Source of the DNA: Candidatus Latescibacterota bacterium
Lineage (GTDB): Bacteria > Latescibacterota > UBA2968 > GCA-2709665
Direction of reading: 5' to 3'
Assembly: GCA_965226795.1 (NCBI GenBank)
Contig: CBDDDZ010000002.1
Coordinates: forward strand, 512,001 to 576,000
DNA length: 64,000 bases
The notes beneath the pieces are model-generated. The model was given only the letters and a program-made list of their open reading frames with translations, did no database searches and was not told the origin of the DNA. Each line of letters opens with the position of its first letter. Positions within the stretch are counted from its first letter, which is position 1. This document shows, piece after piece, positions 10,167 to 20,731 of this stretch. A program made the translations under genes and the position numbers.

Positions 10167-11177
10167 TTACTCCCAGCGGGTGAGGTCCAGCAGGACGCCG
10201 AGATAGGCGTCTTTTTCTTGCAGGAGGCCCCGGTATGCCGTGGCGGCCCGGGAGGCCGGCAGGACGTGGGTGAGCAGGGGGGCGACCTTCAGGCGCTCGC
10301 GGGCGATAAAGTCCAGCATGAGTTCGTCGGGGTCCGGGTCGCCGAATTGCGACGCGTCGACCTGCCTGGAGCCGTGCGCGCCGATTACGGACACGCCGGT
10401 GCGGTGAAGATCGAAATAGAGGTCGATTTCGGCGCTGCCGCGCGGGCTGCCCAGAAGGATGACCTGTCCCATCTGGGCGGCGGCCCTGATGGCCTGTGGG
10501 GCGACCTCCGGGTTGCCTGTGGCTTCAACCACGACCTGACAGCCCGCCCCGTTCGTAAGCGAGCTGATACGATCCACCAGGTCCTCCGCTACCGGGTTGA
10601 CGCCGGCGTCGATGCCGCAGGCCTTCGAGATGGCGAGCCGCTCCGGAACCGAATCTATGCCAATGACCCGGCGGGCGCCTGACAGATTCATCAACTGCGC
10701 CGCCAGGTTGCCGACGAGGCCCTGACCGAACACGGCAACGGTATGTCCGAGGCGGACGCTTGAAAGGCGTACGGCCGTTAATGCAATCTGTGCGAGTACC
10801 GCGAACGGAGCATGTTCAATCGCCAGGTTTTCAGGTAGCTTCAGCGGGGCCCGGCGCGAAGAGACGAGGGAATGGGAGGCGTGCTTTCCCCTCACGTAAA
10901 CCAGGTCGCCTTCCTGGACGGTTTCGACCTCGCGGCCGGCAAGCAGCACACGGCCCACGGAGGCGTAACCGGGGTAGAAGGGATATTTAGCGTAGCCGAA
11001 GTCCCGCAGCGGGAAACCCACGTGTGTCTGCGTGAACATCGCCAGTTCGGTACCGGGGCTGATGAGGCCGTAGAGGTTTTCGACCAGGACTTCGCCGGGT
11101 CCCGGGGTGTCCCGGACCTCGACGTCGACGGTTTCGACTTTCATTTTTTCCGAGAAAACGAGCTGTCTGGCCTTCAT
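10167..11177 (-). CDS. Medium-chain (Zn-binding ADH family) dehydrogenase
   Basis: ISPGTE, PGYASVG, GQGLVG, EATG motifs. Confidence 0.85.
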   Translation of the reverse strand: MKARQLVFSEKMKVETVDVEVRDTPGPGEVLVENLYGLISPGTELAMFTQTHVGFPLRDFGYAKYPFYPGYASVGRVLLAGREVETVQEGDLVYVRGKHASHSLVSSRRAPLKLPENLAIEHAPFAVLAQIALTAVRLSSVRLGHTVAVFGQGLVGNLAAQLMNLSGARRVIGIDSVPERLAISKACGIDAGVNPVAEDLVDRISSLTNGAGCQVVVEATGNPEVAPQAIRAAAQMGQVILLGSPRGSAEIDLYFDLHRTGVSVIGAHGSRQVDASQFGDPDPDELMLDFIARERLKVAPLLTHVLPASRAATAYRGLLQEKDAYLGVLLDLTRWE

Positions 11178-11309
11178 GGTGTATCCTTCTCGCTGGATGC
11201 CGGCGCAACCTGCCCTCCGCGCCTCCATTGGGGTTTTCGATGGCGGATATGACCGGCTACGGGTCCGTGGACCCCGTTCCGCCACCCGGTTGAAATCCGA
11301 TTCCGTCCG

Positions 11310-12662
11310 TCAATGTCCCAATCCGATACCAGTCAGACCGGATGTATCCACGGAGCCGTCCGTTATATTGAAAACCGAGGGGTAGCGATCCGCCCATATG
11401 CCGTTGGCATCGGGGCAGTATTGTCGCGCGTTACCCTCGATGGCCGTCACCGTGGGCACGCGCGCGGCCAGGCCTGCGGAGTGCAGAAACGAGGCGCCGG
11501 GGCAGGTGAGGTCCTGCACGCATAGAAACATGCCGTATTTTTGTGCGGCGGCGCCCATCAACAGGGCCTGTGACTGACCCTTGCAGGTCTTGAGCGCTAC
11601 GCCGGAATACCCGAGGTCGCGGGCCAGCATCAGGCTCTCGAAATCCTCGAGGGATTCGTCGATCACCACGGGCCGGATTCCGGCGGCTTCGTGCATCTTA
11701 TTCTCCGGGTTGGCGCGGAGGTCGCGGGCCGTGGGCTGCTCGATATAGGCCACGCGTTCGAAGGCGCCGACACTCTTTTCACCTATTTGGGCGAGAAAAT
11801 CCAGGAGGTAGCCCACGTCACGGCATTTCTCGTTGAAATCGAGGGAGTAGGCCCAGTCCGAGACGCCGCGTTCGGCCTGTGTCCGGGCGGTAACGGCGTC
11901 GATATCGCAGACGCGGTCCACGTCCCAGGCCAGGTCGTCGCCATTGAGTTTGATTTTCAGGTGAGTCAGGCCGTCCGCGCGGATCCATTCGGGAAGGGTC
12001 TCGGGAAGGCCGTCGCCCAGGCGCTGCTCGATGTGCGCGTCGGTGAGTGGATCGAGGGCGCCGACGAGGTGGTAGATCGGCATCCGCGGCTTGGGGTTCC
12101 GCAGGGTGTACCGGTCCGGATATTCGCCGCTGAAGTCCTCGTTGAGATATCGGGCCAGGTCGTGGTTCATCCATTCGGCGGAGAGACCGTCGTAGGCGTT
12201 GATCCGGTTGACCTTGCCGTAGGCGTCGTGCAGCGCGGCGTCGATCGGGCTGGCGGTAACCAGGGTACAGAGTCTGGGAATGGGCTCCGTCAGGTTCAAT
12301 TCCGCGCCTGTTTCCACGGCGAGGTCGAGAAACCGGGATTCCAGATCCGCCACGATGTCGATGGGATGGCCGCTATCCCTGTGGGTGCGGGTGTAATCGA
12401 CCATACGTTCGCCGAGCCGGACCATCGCCTGCATCGAGTCCTCGAATCCGACGGTCTGAGAGGGAAAGGACCAGGCATTGCCCAGGGGCATGGATCCGAA
12501 ACCGGACGCCCGGGCGCCCGCTCCGTTTTCGACTTCGATGGAAACGTTCATCAGCTTGCAGTGCGTTGTTACCACGCCCCCGAATTTGAGCGGGGTACGG
12601 TAGGGGTAGGCCTCAAAGTCGAGTTCGACGTTGCGGATACGGATATCAGAGGATTTTGGCAT
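11310..12662 (-). CDS. Mandelate racemase/muconate lactonizing enzyme family protein
   Basis: HLKIKL, LDFNE, IEQP, IDES, ALKTCKG motifs. Confidence 0.85.
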   Translation of the reverse strand: MPKSSDIRIRNVELDFEAYPYRTPLKFGGVVTTHCKLMNVSIEVENGAGARASGFGSMPLGNAWSFPSQTVGFEDSMQAMVRLGERMVDYTRTHRDSGHPIDIVADLESRFLDLAVETGAELNLTEPIPRLCTLVTASPIDAALHDAYGKVNRINAYDGLSAEWMNHDLARYLNEDFSGEYPDRYTLRNPKPRMPIYHLVGALDPLTDAHIEQRLGDGLPETLPEWIRADGLTHLKIKLNGDDLAWDVDRVCDIDAVTARTQAERGVSDWAYSLDFNEKCRDVGYLLDFLAQIGEKSVGAFERVAYIEQPTARDLRANPENKMHEAAGIRPVVIDESLEDFESLMLARDLGYSGVALKTCKGQSQALLMGAAAQKYGMFLCVQDLTCPGASFLHSAGLAARVPTVTAIEGNARQYCPDANGIWADRYPSVFNITDGSVDTSGLTGIGLGH

Positions 12663-12721
12663 AGTCGCTCCGTTGATCGGCACGCGGTGAAGTTGCCGTG
12701 CGATTGCAGCTTTGTGAGTCC

Positions 12722-15408
12722 CTATCCTCCCAGGTGACGTTGCACGCCCGCCTTGAGGGCCGCATCGATGCGCGTGACGCTCTCCTCCAGGTGGGCACGG
12801 GTCTGGCGGTTCAGCCCGGTATCGGAAAGGACGTTCCGGATGGCGGTTGTCAGGGACACGAGGTCGGCGCGTGCCAGCGAGGAGGCGTCGGACGGTGCGT
12901 CGCTGGGTGGTTTCACGACCAGGGCGACGACGTGGTCAAGGTGCATGCGCTGAAGGTTTCGCCGGAAGCTGTTGATGTTGCCGCCGGATTCCAGTTCCGC
13001 CCAGATGGCCTCCCGGAGGCCGTCGAAGAGTTCCGGCATCCCGAATGCGTCGCCGCCTGCCCAGAATTCCATGTCCTGCAGCCTGCCCAGCAGCAGCGGA
13101 TGATACAGCGCGCTCAGGGGGCCGCGCTGGATGCCCAGAATCCGGCTGTGGATCGGATAGTCGAGACGTTGCATGCGCCAGACCGCGCCCGTGAAGCCCC
13201 AGAGGCGTTCGGGGGCGAGTTTCCGCATCAGTTCGGGGGAAAAGTGAAGGCGTCCGGACCGAAGATGTGCGCTTTGAGAAAGTCGAACGCCTCCCGTTGT
13301 CTGGCCGCCTGGACCGGTTCGAACGGAAGCCGGTTGCCGGGGTCGCCCACGTGGTCGCGCCGGTGATAGATACCGCCGATGTACTTCGTGATATTGCGTC
13401 CGGCGAGTAAGTACTCCGTCAGGCCCTGTCCGAACACCCTCCGCAGTTTCTGGTACCGCCTTCCCGGAACCTCGAACGCGCCCTCCATTTTTCGCCAGAG
13501 TTCTTTCGCAAGGGCGATACGATTCCCGTGGAAAGCCAGTGGATCGGCGCCCAGGTCCCAACGATTGACCGTTGGATCGATGCCGCGGGGCGCCCCGAAG
13601 GCGTCTTCATCCGTGCCGTAGGCGACCCTGGGGTCGGCGACTTTGGCGGCGATTTTGTCCAATTCCGCCCGTTCCGCTTCGGGGCTTTCGGCGTCGATGG
13701 GCTTGTACGCGTATTCGATCGCCCATTTGTCGTAGGGACCCAGTGTCGTGGGAAAGTAGTGCCCCTGCTTTTCTCCCTCAGGCGCGATATTGGGGGGCAG
13801 GTAGTCCATTACCGAACTGGACAGGTCCTTTACGGCCTCTTTGTCCTGGAGGCGGTCCGTGGGGTGGAGGGTGCTGGCCTTGAAGTTGTGGCGCAGACCC
13901 AGGGTGTGCCCCATTTCGTGGGCGGCGATCATGGTCAGATAGTCGTTGATGAATTTCTGGCCGCCCTTCCCGGCAAGGTCGATTTCTCCCCGGACGGCCA
14001 GCAGGTTACCCGAAAAGGCGGCCTGGTGCGCAACGCCTTCCGCGTAGTCGCAGAATCCCCGCCAATAGTCCCTCGTTTGATCCTGCACCGGCACAGGGCC
14101 GCCGGCGTCGGATACGGGGTCCACGAATTCCTCGTATTCGCGGAACATCGACCGTGGAAAATCGGCGCTGAAACGGATGCTCGCGTTGAAGAGTTCACCT
14201 GTGAGCGGGTTGGCGCGCGAGGGCCCCTGGGCATAGATCCTGCGCGGATTCACGAACCAGCGGACCATGTTGTAGCGCGCGTCCGCGGCATCCCAATCCG
14301 CGTCGTGCGGCTGCTGCCTGACCACGACGGCTTCCTTGAAGCCGATGCGTTCGAAGGCCTCATTCCACATCAGGAGGCCCTTCTTCAAGGCTTCCCTGTA
14401 TTTCACGGGGATCGTCCTTTCCAACCAGAAGACGATCGGCTGTCTGGGTTTCGACAGTTTTGCCCGGGGATTCTCCTTCTGCAGGTCCCAACGTTCCACG
14501 TACCGGGTGTACGGAGTCTCCTTCTGAACCGTGTTGTAATCCTGGTATATGGTATGGAAGTGGCCGATCCGGTCGTCTCCCAGCCTGGGTCGATAGCTCG
14601 TCCGGGGCAACGTCGAAAGGCTGTAATGGTAAACGTGCTGAAAACTGCGTGGGTCGGGGAAGGTGTAAGCCTCGAATTCGGGGTTGGCCGTGTTGAAGTG
14701 AAGGACGACTTCGATTTCCGTGTTCAGCGGGAAGGATTTCACCTTTCCGAAGTAGCTGTTCTTGCCATCGAACTTGTACTTTACCTTGCGGTCTTTGAAC
14801 GCGGCCGCAACCATGGTGAGGTCCTTGAGGAAAAAACCGCCCGCGTCCACGAGGATGCTCTTCCTTTCCGGATGGGCCTCGCTCTCCACGATTTTCGCGA
14901 CGCTCAGGATGGAATTGGTGACGCTTCGACGGACCGCATCGGCGATCGGGGCGTCCTCGTCCGCCCGGAAGTAGACGTTTTTGTGCAGGAACTGCACGTT
15001 TTTTCCGATGCGTTTGAGGATAAAGGGAAAGCCGTAGTTCATAAAGCTGGGGATCAGGGCGGTGGCGTCGAAGAAATAACCGTCGGCCGCCTCGCGGGTG
15101 ACGGCGCACAGATAGAGTCTGTCGAACTGCCTGGGCTTGATTTCCAGATAGACCTTGGCTTCGTCGTCCTTTCGGTACACGGTAAAAAGACCCTTGACCA
15201 CGTCAAAGTCCTTCGTGACTTCCTCGAAGGTTTTTTTCTTTTTCTTCTTTTCTTTTTCTGCGCTCGAGTCCGCCGCGGCCTCTTTGGCGTCCACTTTCGC
15301 TGTGTCGGGCGCTGTTGTGTCGGGCCTGGCCTCCTCGGCCCTTGCGGACGCGGCCAATACGGTCGCGAAGAAGAGGTATGATATCACGAAAGTGAACCGA
15401 CGCATCAT
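12722..15408 (-). pseudogene. Secreted Zn-dependent metalloprotease (DUF5117/DUF4953-type), frameshifted near 13235-13243
   Basis: HEMGHTLGLRHN and SSVMDY (metzincin); frame 13228-15408 stops at FTFPPN*, and the C-terminus continues in the 12722 frame (SPELMRKLAPERLW...). May be a sequencing error. Confidence 0.8.
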
Positions 15409-15549
15409 TTCCTCCGGGCGGGTTTATGTGGATCCTCGTCTCCAAAAAGCGGAGCGATTGTGCGGCAGCAATCGGGTTGGACGTGTAAGCGCTTTCCAAT
15501 GTTTCCTCAACGTGGAAGGCGCGTTGCCGGAAACCGCCGTGCGCGTGCG

Positions 15550-16023
15550 TCACCCGCTCCGGGCCGACCAGAGTCTCAGCAGAACCCGCACGCCAAGGCC
15601 TGTTATGCACCCCGCGGCGGCGGCCGCGAAGACGACCCATCCGCCCTCCAACAATACCAGCAATACGGCGCTGATGCCGAGCGACAGACCCCAGAAGAGC
15701 CCCGCACCGAGGCTCCAGTCCAGCAGCACCGATACAAAGCCCACGCCCATGGCCGCCGGTATGGCCGCGACAAACCCGACGATCACACCGTCGAACGGGC
15801 CCCAATAGACGCCGGCCCCGGCGCCCAACCCCAGCACCATCCCAATGCCTGTGCTGATGTCGCTGCCCAGACCCACGATCAAACCCAGCGCCAGCCCCCA
15901 TCCCAACCCCAGCCCCATGGCGTGAAGCCAGCCGGACTGCCCGACCATGAAATGCGAATACGGTCCCATCAGGACAAATGCCACGCCGAAAACGAATGCC
16001 CCGTGGATGACTCGCCGCAACAC
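15550..16023 (-). CDS. Gly-rich multi-pass membrane protein
   Basis: 157-aa hydrophobic ORF with repeated GLG/GIG motifs. Confidence 0.7.
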   Translation of the reverse strand: MLRRVIHGAFVFGVAFVLMGPYSHFMVGQSGWLHAMGLGLGWGLALGLIVGLGSDISTGIGMVLGLGAGAGVYWGPFDGVIVGFVAAIPAAMGVGFVSVLLDWSLGAGLFWGLSLGISAVLLVLLEGGWVVFAAAAAGCITGLGVRVLLRLWSARSG

Positions 16024-16264
16024 CGCTGCTCCTATTCCATTTCCTATCGGTTCAATCCCGCCGACCCACGGAACAATTCGACATGGTGCGGCATGATCCC
16101 GTTGATTGCCGTGTGATTCGGCTGAAGACGGAGACTCCCGGATCCTACTAATGGATATACGGTGATGGTGGAATCGTACGGCAGGAAATGCGGCCGGTCA
16201 TCCCGAGATGTCGGATGCGACCGGACTGTGAATGAGGTGGTTTTTTGGTTACTGAAATAAACTT

Positions 16265-16335
16265 ACATGGATGGACAGGATAAACAGGATTAAGAACCGG
16301 GAGACTTTAATCTTGATCATCCTGTCTATCCATGT
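16265..16335. repeat. Dispersed imperfect palindromic element, family A
   Basis: ACATGGATGGACAGGATAAACAGGAT...ATCTTGATCATCCTGTCTATCCATGT; related copies at 17886, 19829, 46804. Confidence 0.8.
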
Positions 16336-16382
16336 TTCTAACCTGCAAGTTGCATATCATGTGTTTCTCGAAATGTCGCGGT

Positions 16383-17669
16383 TCAACCGGCCCGCAGGAC
16401 CTTATCGATGGCGGCGCGAACGATTTTTTCCGACTGCCCGGACACGAAGGCGTCCACCGGCTCGTAGCCACCCTCGGCAAAGGATGTCTCCATAGTGATG
16501 TAACCGGTGCCCAAATCTCCGTATCCCGCCACGGCGACAAAGGCGTCCGGGCGGCTCGCATGCGCGTGGAGCTGGTATTCGATAAAGATCTCGCCCGGTA
16601 AATTCACCACCGCCACCCGGTCGTTGAGATGGATGCAGGTGACGGGAATGGGCCGCTCGCAGCGTCGCAGATACGTCACCATGAGGGCGGCTTTGCTGTG
16701 TCCTTTGGCCCCGGGGGCCGACGACGCTATTTCCGCCAGCAGGTCTTCCTCGACCAGATCCTCCCTCGGCGGCAGCCGAACCGGCTCGACCGTCCAGCGA
16801 ACGCGCTCCAACGGCTGCCGCGTACTGTCTTGCTCCGCTTCCACCATGGCCGTGCGGATGCGCCCGGTGAACAATTCACGGTTGTCTGCCACGCCGTCGT
16901 TGTACTTGCCCGCGGTGACGTTGCCCCCGCAACCGGTGAAGTATATGTGCGGCACCCCGCTTTCTTCCGTGCGGCGGTTGCGCGCCAGGCCGACGAATTC
17001 GGGCGTCACCAGCCCGGTGCCATCCCTACTGGTGGGATGGACGGCATAGTAGTGCAACAGGGCCAGGGCCGTGTCTCCCTGGTAAAAGCCGATCGTCTTG
17101 AGCATGGGGTCGATAACCCCCTCGGGAGCCGCCCTCACCTCCGGATCGGGGGTCTTGGTCCAGCGCACGGCGGCCACCTTGCCGTCCGGCCCCATCACCC
17201 GCCGATTGGAGGCAATCCGGTCGACTCTGGCCTGCCCCACCGAAAGATGCGTGCAGGGCTGCAGCCTGGCTATGGCTTCGCCGGCTGCTTGCGCCGCCTG
17301 CGCCCGTACCCTTTCGGCCCAGTCGCCAGCCATAATGACGTCGGGATGGCCGTGGGCGTCGAGAATGTCCTGTGCATCGCGGTCGGGCCAGGGGGTATCG
17401 TGGGCATGGGTGCAGTGTACGGCCACCCGATCGGCCTCGGTTCCCACGGCCACGGCAATTTCTTCGCGCCAGCGGTCGTAGTCGCCGTTGCTCAATTCGG
17501 CCCAGTCCAGGGTGCACAGGACCATGGGCGATTGATCGTCCGGCGCTAAAATCAAGCCCAGAGCAGCCAGCGGGTCCAGGATGCCTTTGGCCGGAGGATA
17601 CCACCCCGCACAGAGCGGATGGCCCAGCGGCGGCGTCACGTCGGATTGGAAGGTGGCGAGTTGGATCAT
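16383..17669 (-). CDS. Neutral/alkaline ceramidase-like metallohydrolase (uncharacterised)
   Basis: DVTPPLGHP, HCTHAHDTP, YAVHPTS, GCGGN, LPGE motifs; GGAG before ATG 17669. Confidence 0.7.
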   Translation of the reverse strand: MIQLATFQSDVTPPLGHPLCAGWYPPAKGILDPLAALGLILAPDDQSPMVLCTLDWAELSNGDYDRWREEIAVAVGTEADRVAVHCTHAHDTPWPDRDAQDILDAHGHPDVIMAGDWAERVRAQAAQAAGEAIARLQPCTHLSVGQARVDRIASNRRVMGPDGKVAAVRWTKTPDPEVRAAPEGVIDPMLKTIGFYQGDTALALLHYYAVHPTSRDGTGLVTPEFVGLARNRRTEESGVPHIYFTGCGGNVTAGKYNDGVADNRELFTGRIRTAMVEAEQDSTRQPLERVRWTVEPVRLPPREDLVEEDLLAEIASSAPGAKGHSKAALMVTYLRRCERPIPVTCIHLNDRVAVVNLPGEIFIEYQLHAHASRPDAFVAVAGYGDLGTGYITMETSFAEGGYEPVDAFVSGQSEKIVRAAIDKVLRAG

Positions 17670-17849
17670 GGCTTCTCCATTATAAGCTGGCACCGGCACA
17701 CCGTGTATGCCTGACAACTCAGATGCGCCTTGCTGACACGGCAAGTCTTGCCTGGCTGACGCAACACGGGGGCCCGGAATTAAAAAAAATAGTGGGCTGA
17801 TGCCAAAGTATAGCGGGAAATACACCCTGTCAACCCGAAACATCAGATC

Positions 17850-18170
17850 GTGATTGAGGTGATTTCGCGAAAACCGAAGAAACTCACATGGATAGACCTG
17901 TCTGCGTGCGTCCCACACGCACAGGCAGGCAGGATGGGCAGGATAAGACTGTGATTCGCGTGATTATCGTGATTAACTATGATTAAACCGCATAAAGAGA
18001 CTGTAATTGATGTGATTTCGGGATAGACCTGGAGGGATTGATGGCGATAAGATGAGATGAGATGTACATCGCTCGGCTGAATCCACGGATGGGCGCCTGC
18101 ACCCTGAGCCTGTCGAGAGACGGTATCATCGCTCCCCTCCCCGTGCCGGGGAGGGGCCGGGGGAGGGGTC
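17850..18170. repeat. Mosaic of several REP-like elements at the left island edge
   Basis: Family A half-element with nested hairpin (17886-17944), GTGATT short repeats, CCCTGAGCCTGTCGA (18102), CCCCTCCCC-GTGCC-GGGGAGGGG hairpin (~18134-18156). Confidence 0.6.
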
Positions 18171-18374
18171 GCCATCCCCGGCGCGGCAGGCAGGCCGTAA
18201 AGTCCACGCCCTACCCTTGGCCCTTTATCATCAACACGAATCCCTAAACAAGCAGCATGAACAAACATGTATCCATTTTGCGTAGAAGTCACACTGTAAG
18301 ACTCTAAAACCCGTCAATCCTGGTCATCGAGTAGAACGATGTTCCGCGCTGGCAATGGCCTTGCTATCCGTGCC

Positions 18375-18403
18375 TTGACACCGGACGATGAAAATACTAT
18401 ACT
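18375..18403 (+). promoter_or_regulatory. Sigma70-type promoter
   Basis: TTGACA-N17-TATACT. Confidence 0.7.
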
Positions 18404-18406
18404 TAT

Positions 18407-18619
18407 GTGCAGTATGCCGCATACAATGGCGAGATTATCGAAGATTATCCGGGCGATGAGCCCTACCCAAGTTGCCTGATATGTGGAAAGAATGCAGATG
18501 GAGAGCCCATCCATAGTGTATGGGCTTACAATGAGAAGAATCAAAGATCAATACTGACTACCGTTTATCGCCCGAATCCGACACGTTGGATCAATTGGCG
18601 AACGATGAGGACCCTTTGA
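18407..18619 (+). pseudogene. DUF4258-family putative toxin, apparently N-terminally truncated
   Basis: GEIIEDYP-D-PYPSCLI-G...PIHSVWAY...TVYRP-P-RW; the usual N-terminal HA-containing segment is not seen. Confidence 0.7.
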
Positions 18620-18876
18620 TGGCGTCCTTTGACAGATGTCCGGTGTGTGGCGGCCCGATTGTTGAGAGAGAAGTCGAGAAGGGATTGCGAGGAGGCGTTG
18701 TAAGGGAGACCGTAAGAATGCGGACCGACGTGTGCCTGAAATGTGGGGAACGTCTTTACACGCCGGACGCGGCACAACGGCTCAAGAATACAGGATCAGG
18801 ACTTGACGCCAGGGAACGGCAGACGCCCAGATCACGCCGTTTAGGGCCAAGCTGGATTACGAGGGATGGTTTCTAG
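18619..18876 (+). CDS. YgiT-type (MqsA-like) zinc-finger protein
   Basis: CPVCGG...CLKCGERLYTP; TGATG coupling to DUF4258. Confidence 0.8.
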   Translation: MASFDRCPVCGGPIVEREVEKGLRGGVVRETVRMRTDVCLKCGERLYTPDAAQRLKNTGSGLDARERQTPRSRRLGPSWITRDGF

Positions 18877-18899
18877 GTTTTCTGGAAAAGCGTTACGAG

Positions 18900-19760
18900 A
18901 TGGCCCGGAATAACGGCACATGCCCAGTGCTCAGGGTCACGAGCGGTGCGGAGTCCTGGAATTTACCGGCACGATCGGAGAAGAAACTCGAAGAGAAGGT
19001 CTTTCGTGACTTATCGCCAATGCATGCCGTAATGCCCCTCACTTTTGTTGCTTCCTTCAAGGCGCTCGATATGATCTTCGAGTCGATATTTGAAGAGAAT
19101 TGCAAGCTGGGTAAAATCCGAAAGATCCCCTGTCATTCCGAGGGGAAGGTGGAGTTGTTTGAAAATGAATACAATCTCCAATTACCGACGTTTTTCGTAA
19201 GCCATGCCCATCTTTTCGCCTCTGCGAGGTCGCTTTATTGCGAACTGCTGCCGTACCGGGACGAAGTCGTACACAGAAATAGCTTTTGTGTGTCCGGAGA
19301 TATAATGACGCTTTCAAATGTCAGGACGGGCGCCACCCTCGCGCTGACCAGCAACCAGATTGACTGTTTGGTGCGTTTCGTCCGCGCGCTTGTCCGTGCG
19401 CTGGCGGGGGAGATTGTTGTCGACGATCACAAGGACAGGACAATTCAGTACTATCTTAGCATACTGGCGCCTTTAGTCGGTTCGGATTCATTGATGCAAC
19501 GGACGCCGCAATTTGTGCATGTGGAACTCACCGCGCCCAGACAAGGCCCCGCCTTCCCGGCGGATCTGAAGTTTGTGCGGGATGTGCTATCCCATAAATT
19601 CGAAGATCAGGAAATCTTCTTTGACCTTAATGTAATCGCCGTCGATGGCGCCAAGATCGTTGTAAGGTGGCACTTTGCGCCGGACGAAGTACCGGACGTG
19701 GATATATTGACCTTTTACGAGGAATCTCACAAGACACACCGCGAGGAAATCGTCGGCTAA
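18900..19760 (+). CDS. Hypothetical protein with possible HEPN-like R-x4-H motif
   Basis: 286-aa ORF; YRDEVVH in a helical context. Confidence 0.5.
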   Translation: MARNNGTCPVLRVTSGAESWNLPARSEKKLEEKVFRDLSPMHAVMPLTFVASFKALDMIFESIFEENCKLGKIRKIPCHSEGKVELFENEYNLQLPTFFVSHAHLFASARSLYCELLPYRDEVVHRNSFCVSGDIMTLSNVRTGATLALTSNQIDCLVRFVRALVRALAGEIVVDDHKDRTIQYYLSILAPLVGSDSLMQRTPQFVHVELTAPRQGPAFPADLKFVRDVLSHKFEDQEIFFDLNVIAVDGAKIVVRWHFAPDEVPDVDILTFYEESHKTHREEIVG

Positions 19761-19828
19761 ATCTTACCCACTAAAACAGTGTGGTCGGGATGCGATTCGG
19801 GTGAATTTGGGATTGCAGAAAACCATTC

Positions 19829-19898
19829 ACATGGATGGACAGGATACACAGGATACAAACCACGACTCTTCAATCCTGTTCATCCTGCGCATCCATGT
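19829..19898. repeat. Dispersed palindromic element, family A
   Basis: ACATGGATGGACAGGATACACAGGAT...ATCCTGTTCATCCTGCGCATCCATGT. Confidence 0.8.
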
Positions 19899-19925
19899 TT
19901 TCTGTCGGCCGTGAGGGGAGTTTCG

Positions 19926-20711
19926 ATGTCCCGGAAGAGCGCCATCGAGTGGACCAACGGCACCTGGAACCCGGTTACCGGATGTACGAAGGTCAGCGCC
20001 GGCTGCGATCATTGTTATGCGGAACGCCTATCCGAGCGCTTTCGCGGCGTCGAGGGGCATCCTTTCGAGACCGGCTTTGATCTGACGCTTCGGCCCGCGC
20101 GCCTGGAACAACCCCTGCACTGGCGTCGGCCACAGCTCATCTTCGTCAATTCGATGAGCGATCTGTTCCACAAGGATATTCCCACGGAGTACATCCATCG
20201 CGTATTTGAAACCATGGAACGTGCCGACTGGCACATCTACCAAGTGCTCACCAAGCGCAGTTCCCTGATGCGCCGCTTCGTTCAGGATCGCTATCCCGGC
20301 GGGGCGGCACCCTCCCATATCTGGCTGGGGGTTTCCATCGAAAACGACGCGGCGTTGACGCGTCTTCGCCACCTCAAAGAGACGAACGCGTCCGTCCGCT
20401 TTGTGTCGTTCGAGCCTCTGCTCGGCCCGATGGGGACGGTCAATCTGGAAGATATTCACTGGGTCATCGCGGGAGGGGAAAGCGGACCGGGAGCCCGGGA
20501 GATTAAGCCAGAGTGGGTGCGCGAATTTCGGGATCAGTGTGAGACCCAGCGCGTTGCCTTTTTCTTCAAACAATGGGGCGGTCGAACACCTAAAGCGGGC
20601 GGCAATACGCTGGATGGACGCCAGTGGATGGAGTATCCGAAGATCGGGCAAGGTCAGTTGCCTCATTCGCCCTTAAGGGCGGCAGGGGCGCCCGCTCGCG
20701 ACGAAATTTGA
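19926..20711 (+). CDS. DUF5131 / phage Gp37-Gp68 family three-Cys protein, copy 1
   Basis: [66 protein letters not shown] RBS. Confidence 0.93.
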   Translation: [261 protein letters not shown]

Positions 20712-20731
20712 GAATTTCCCAATAGACAAAA

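Noticed and set aside
15231..15258. A-rich tract in the metalloprotease as a phase-variation site
   Set aside because: In frame; encodes a poly-Lys linker after the signal region
16265..19898. Family A repeats as a CRISPR array or integron attC sites
   Set aside because: Not regularly spaced, no cas or intI gene, and no clear RYYYAAC/GTTRRRY ends
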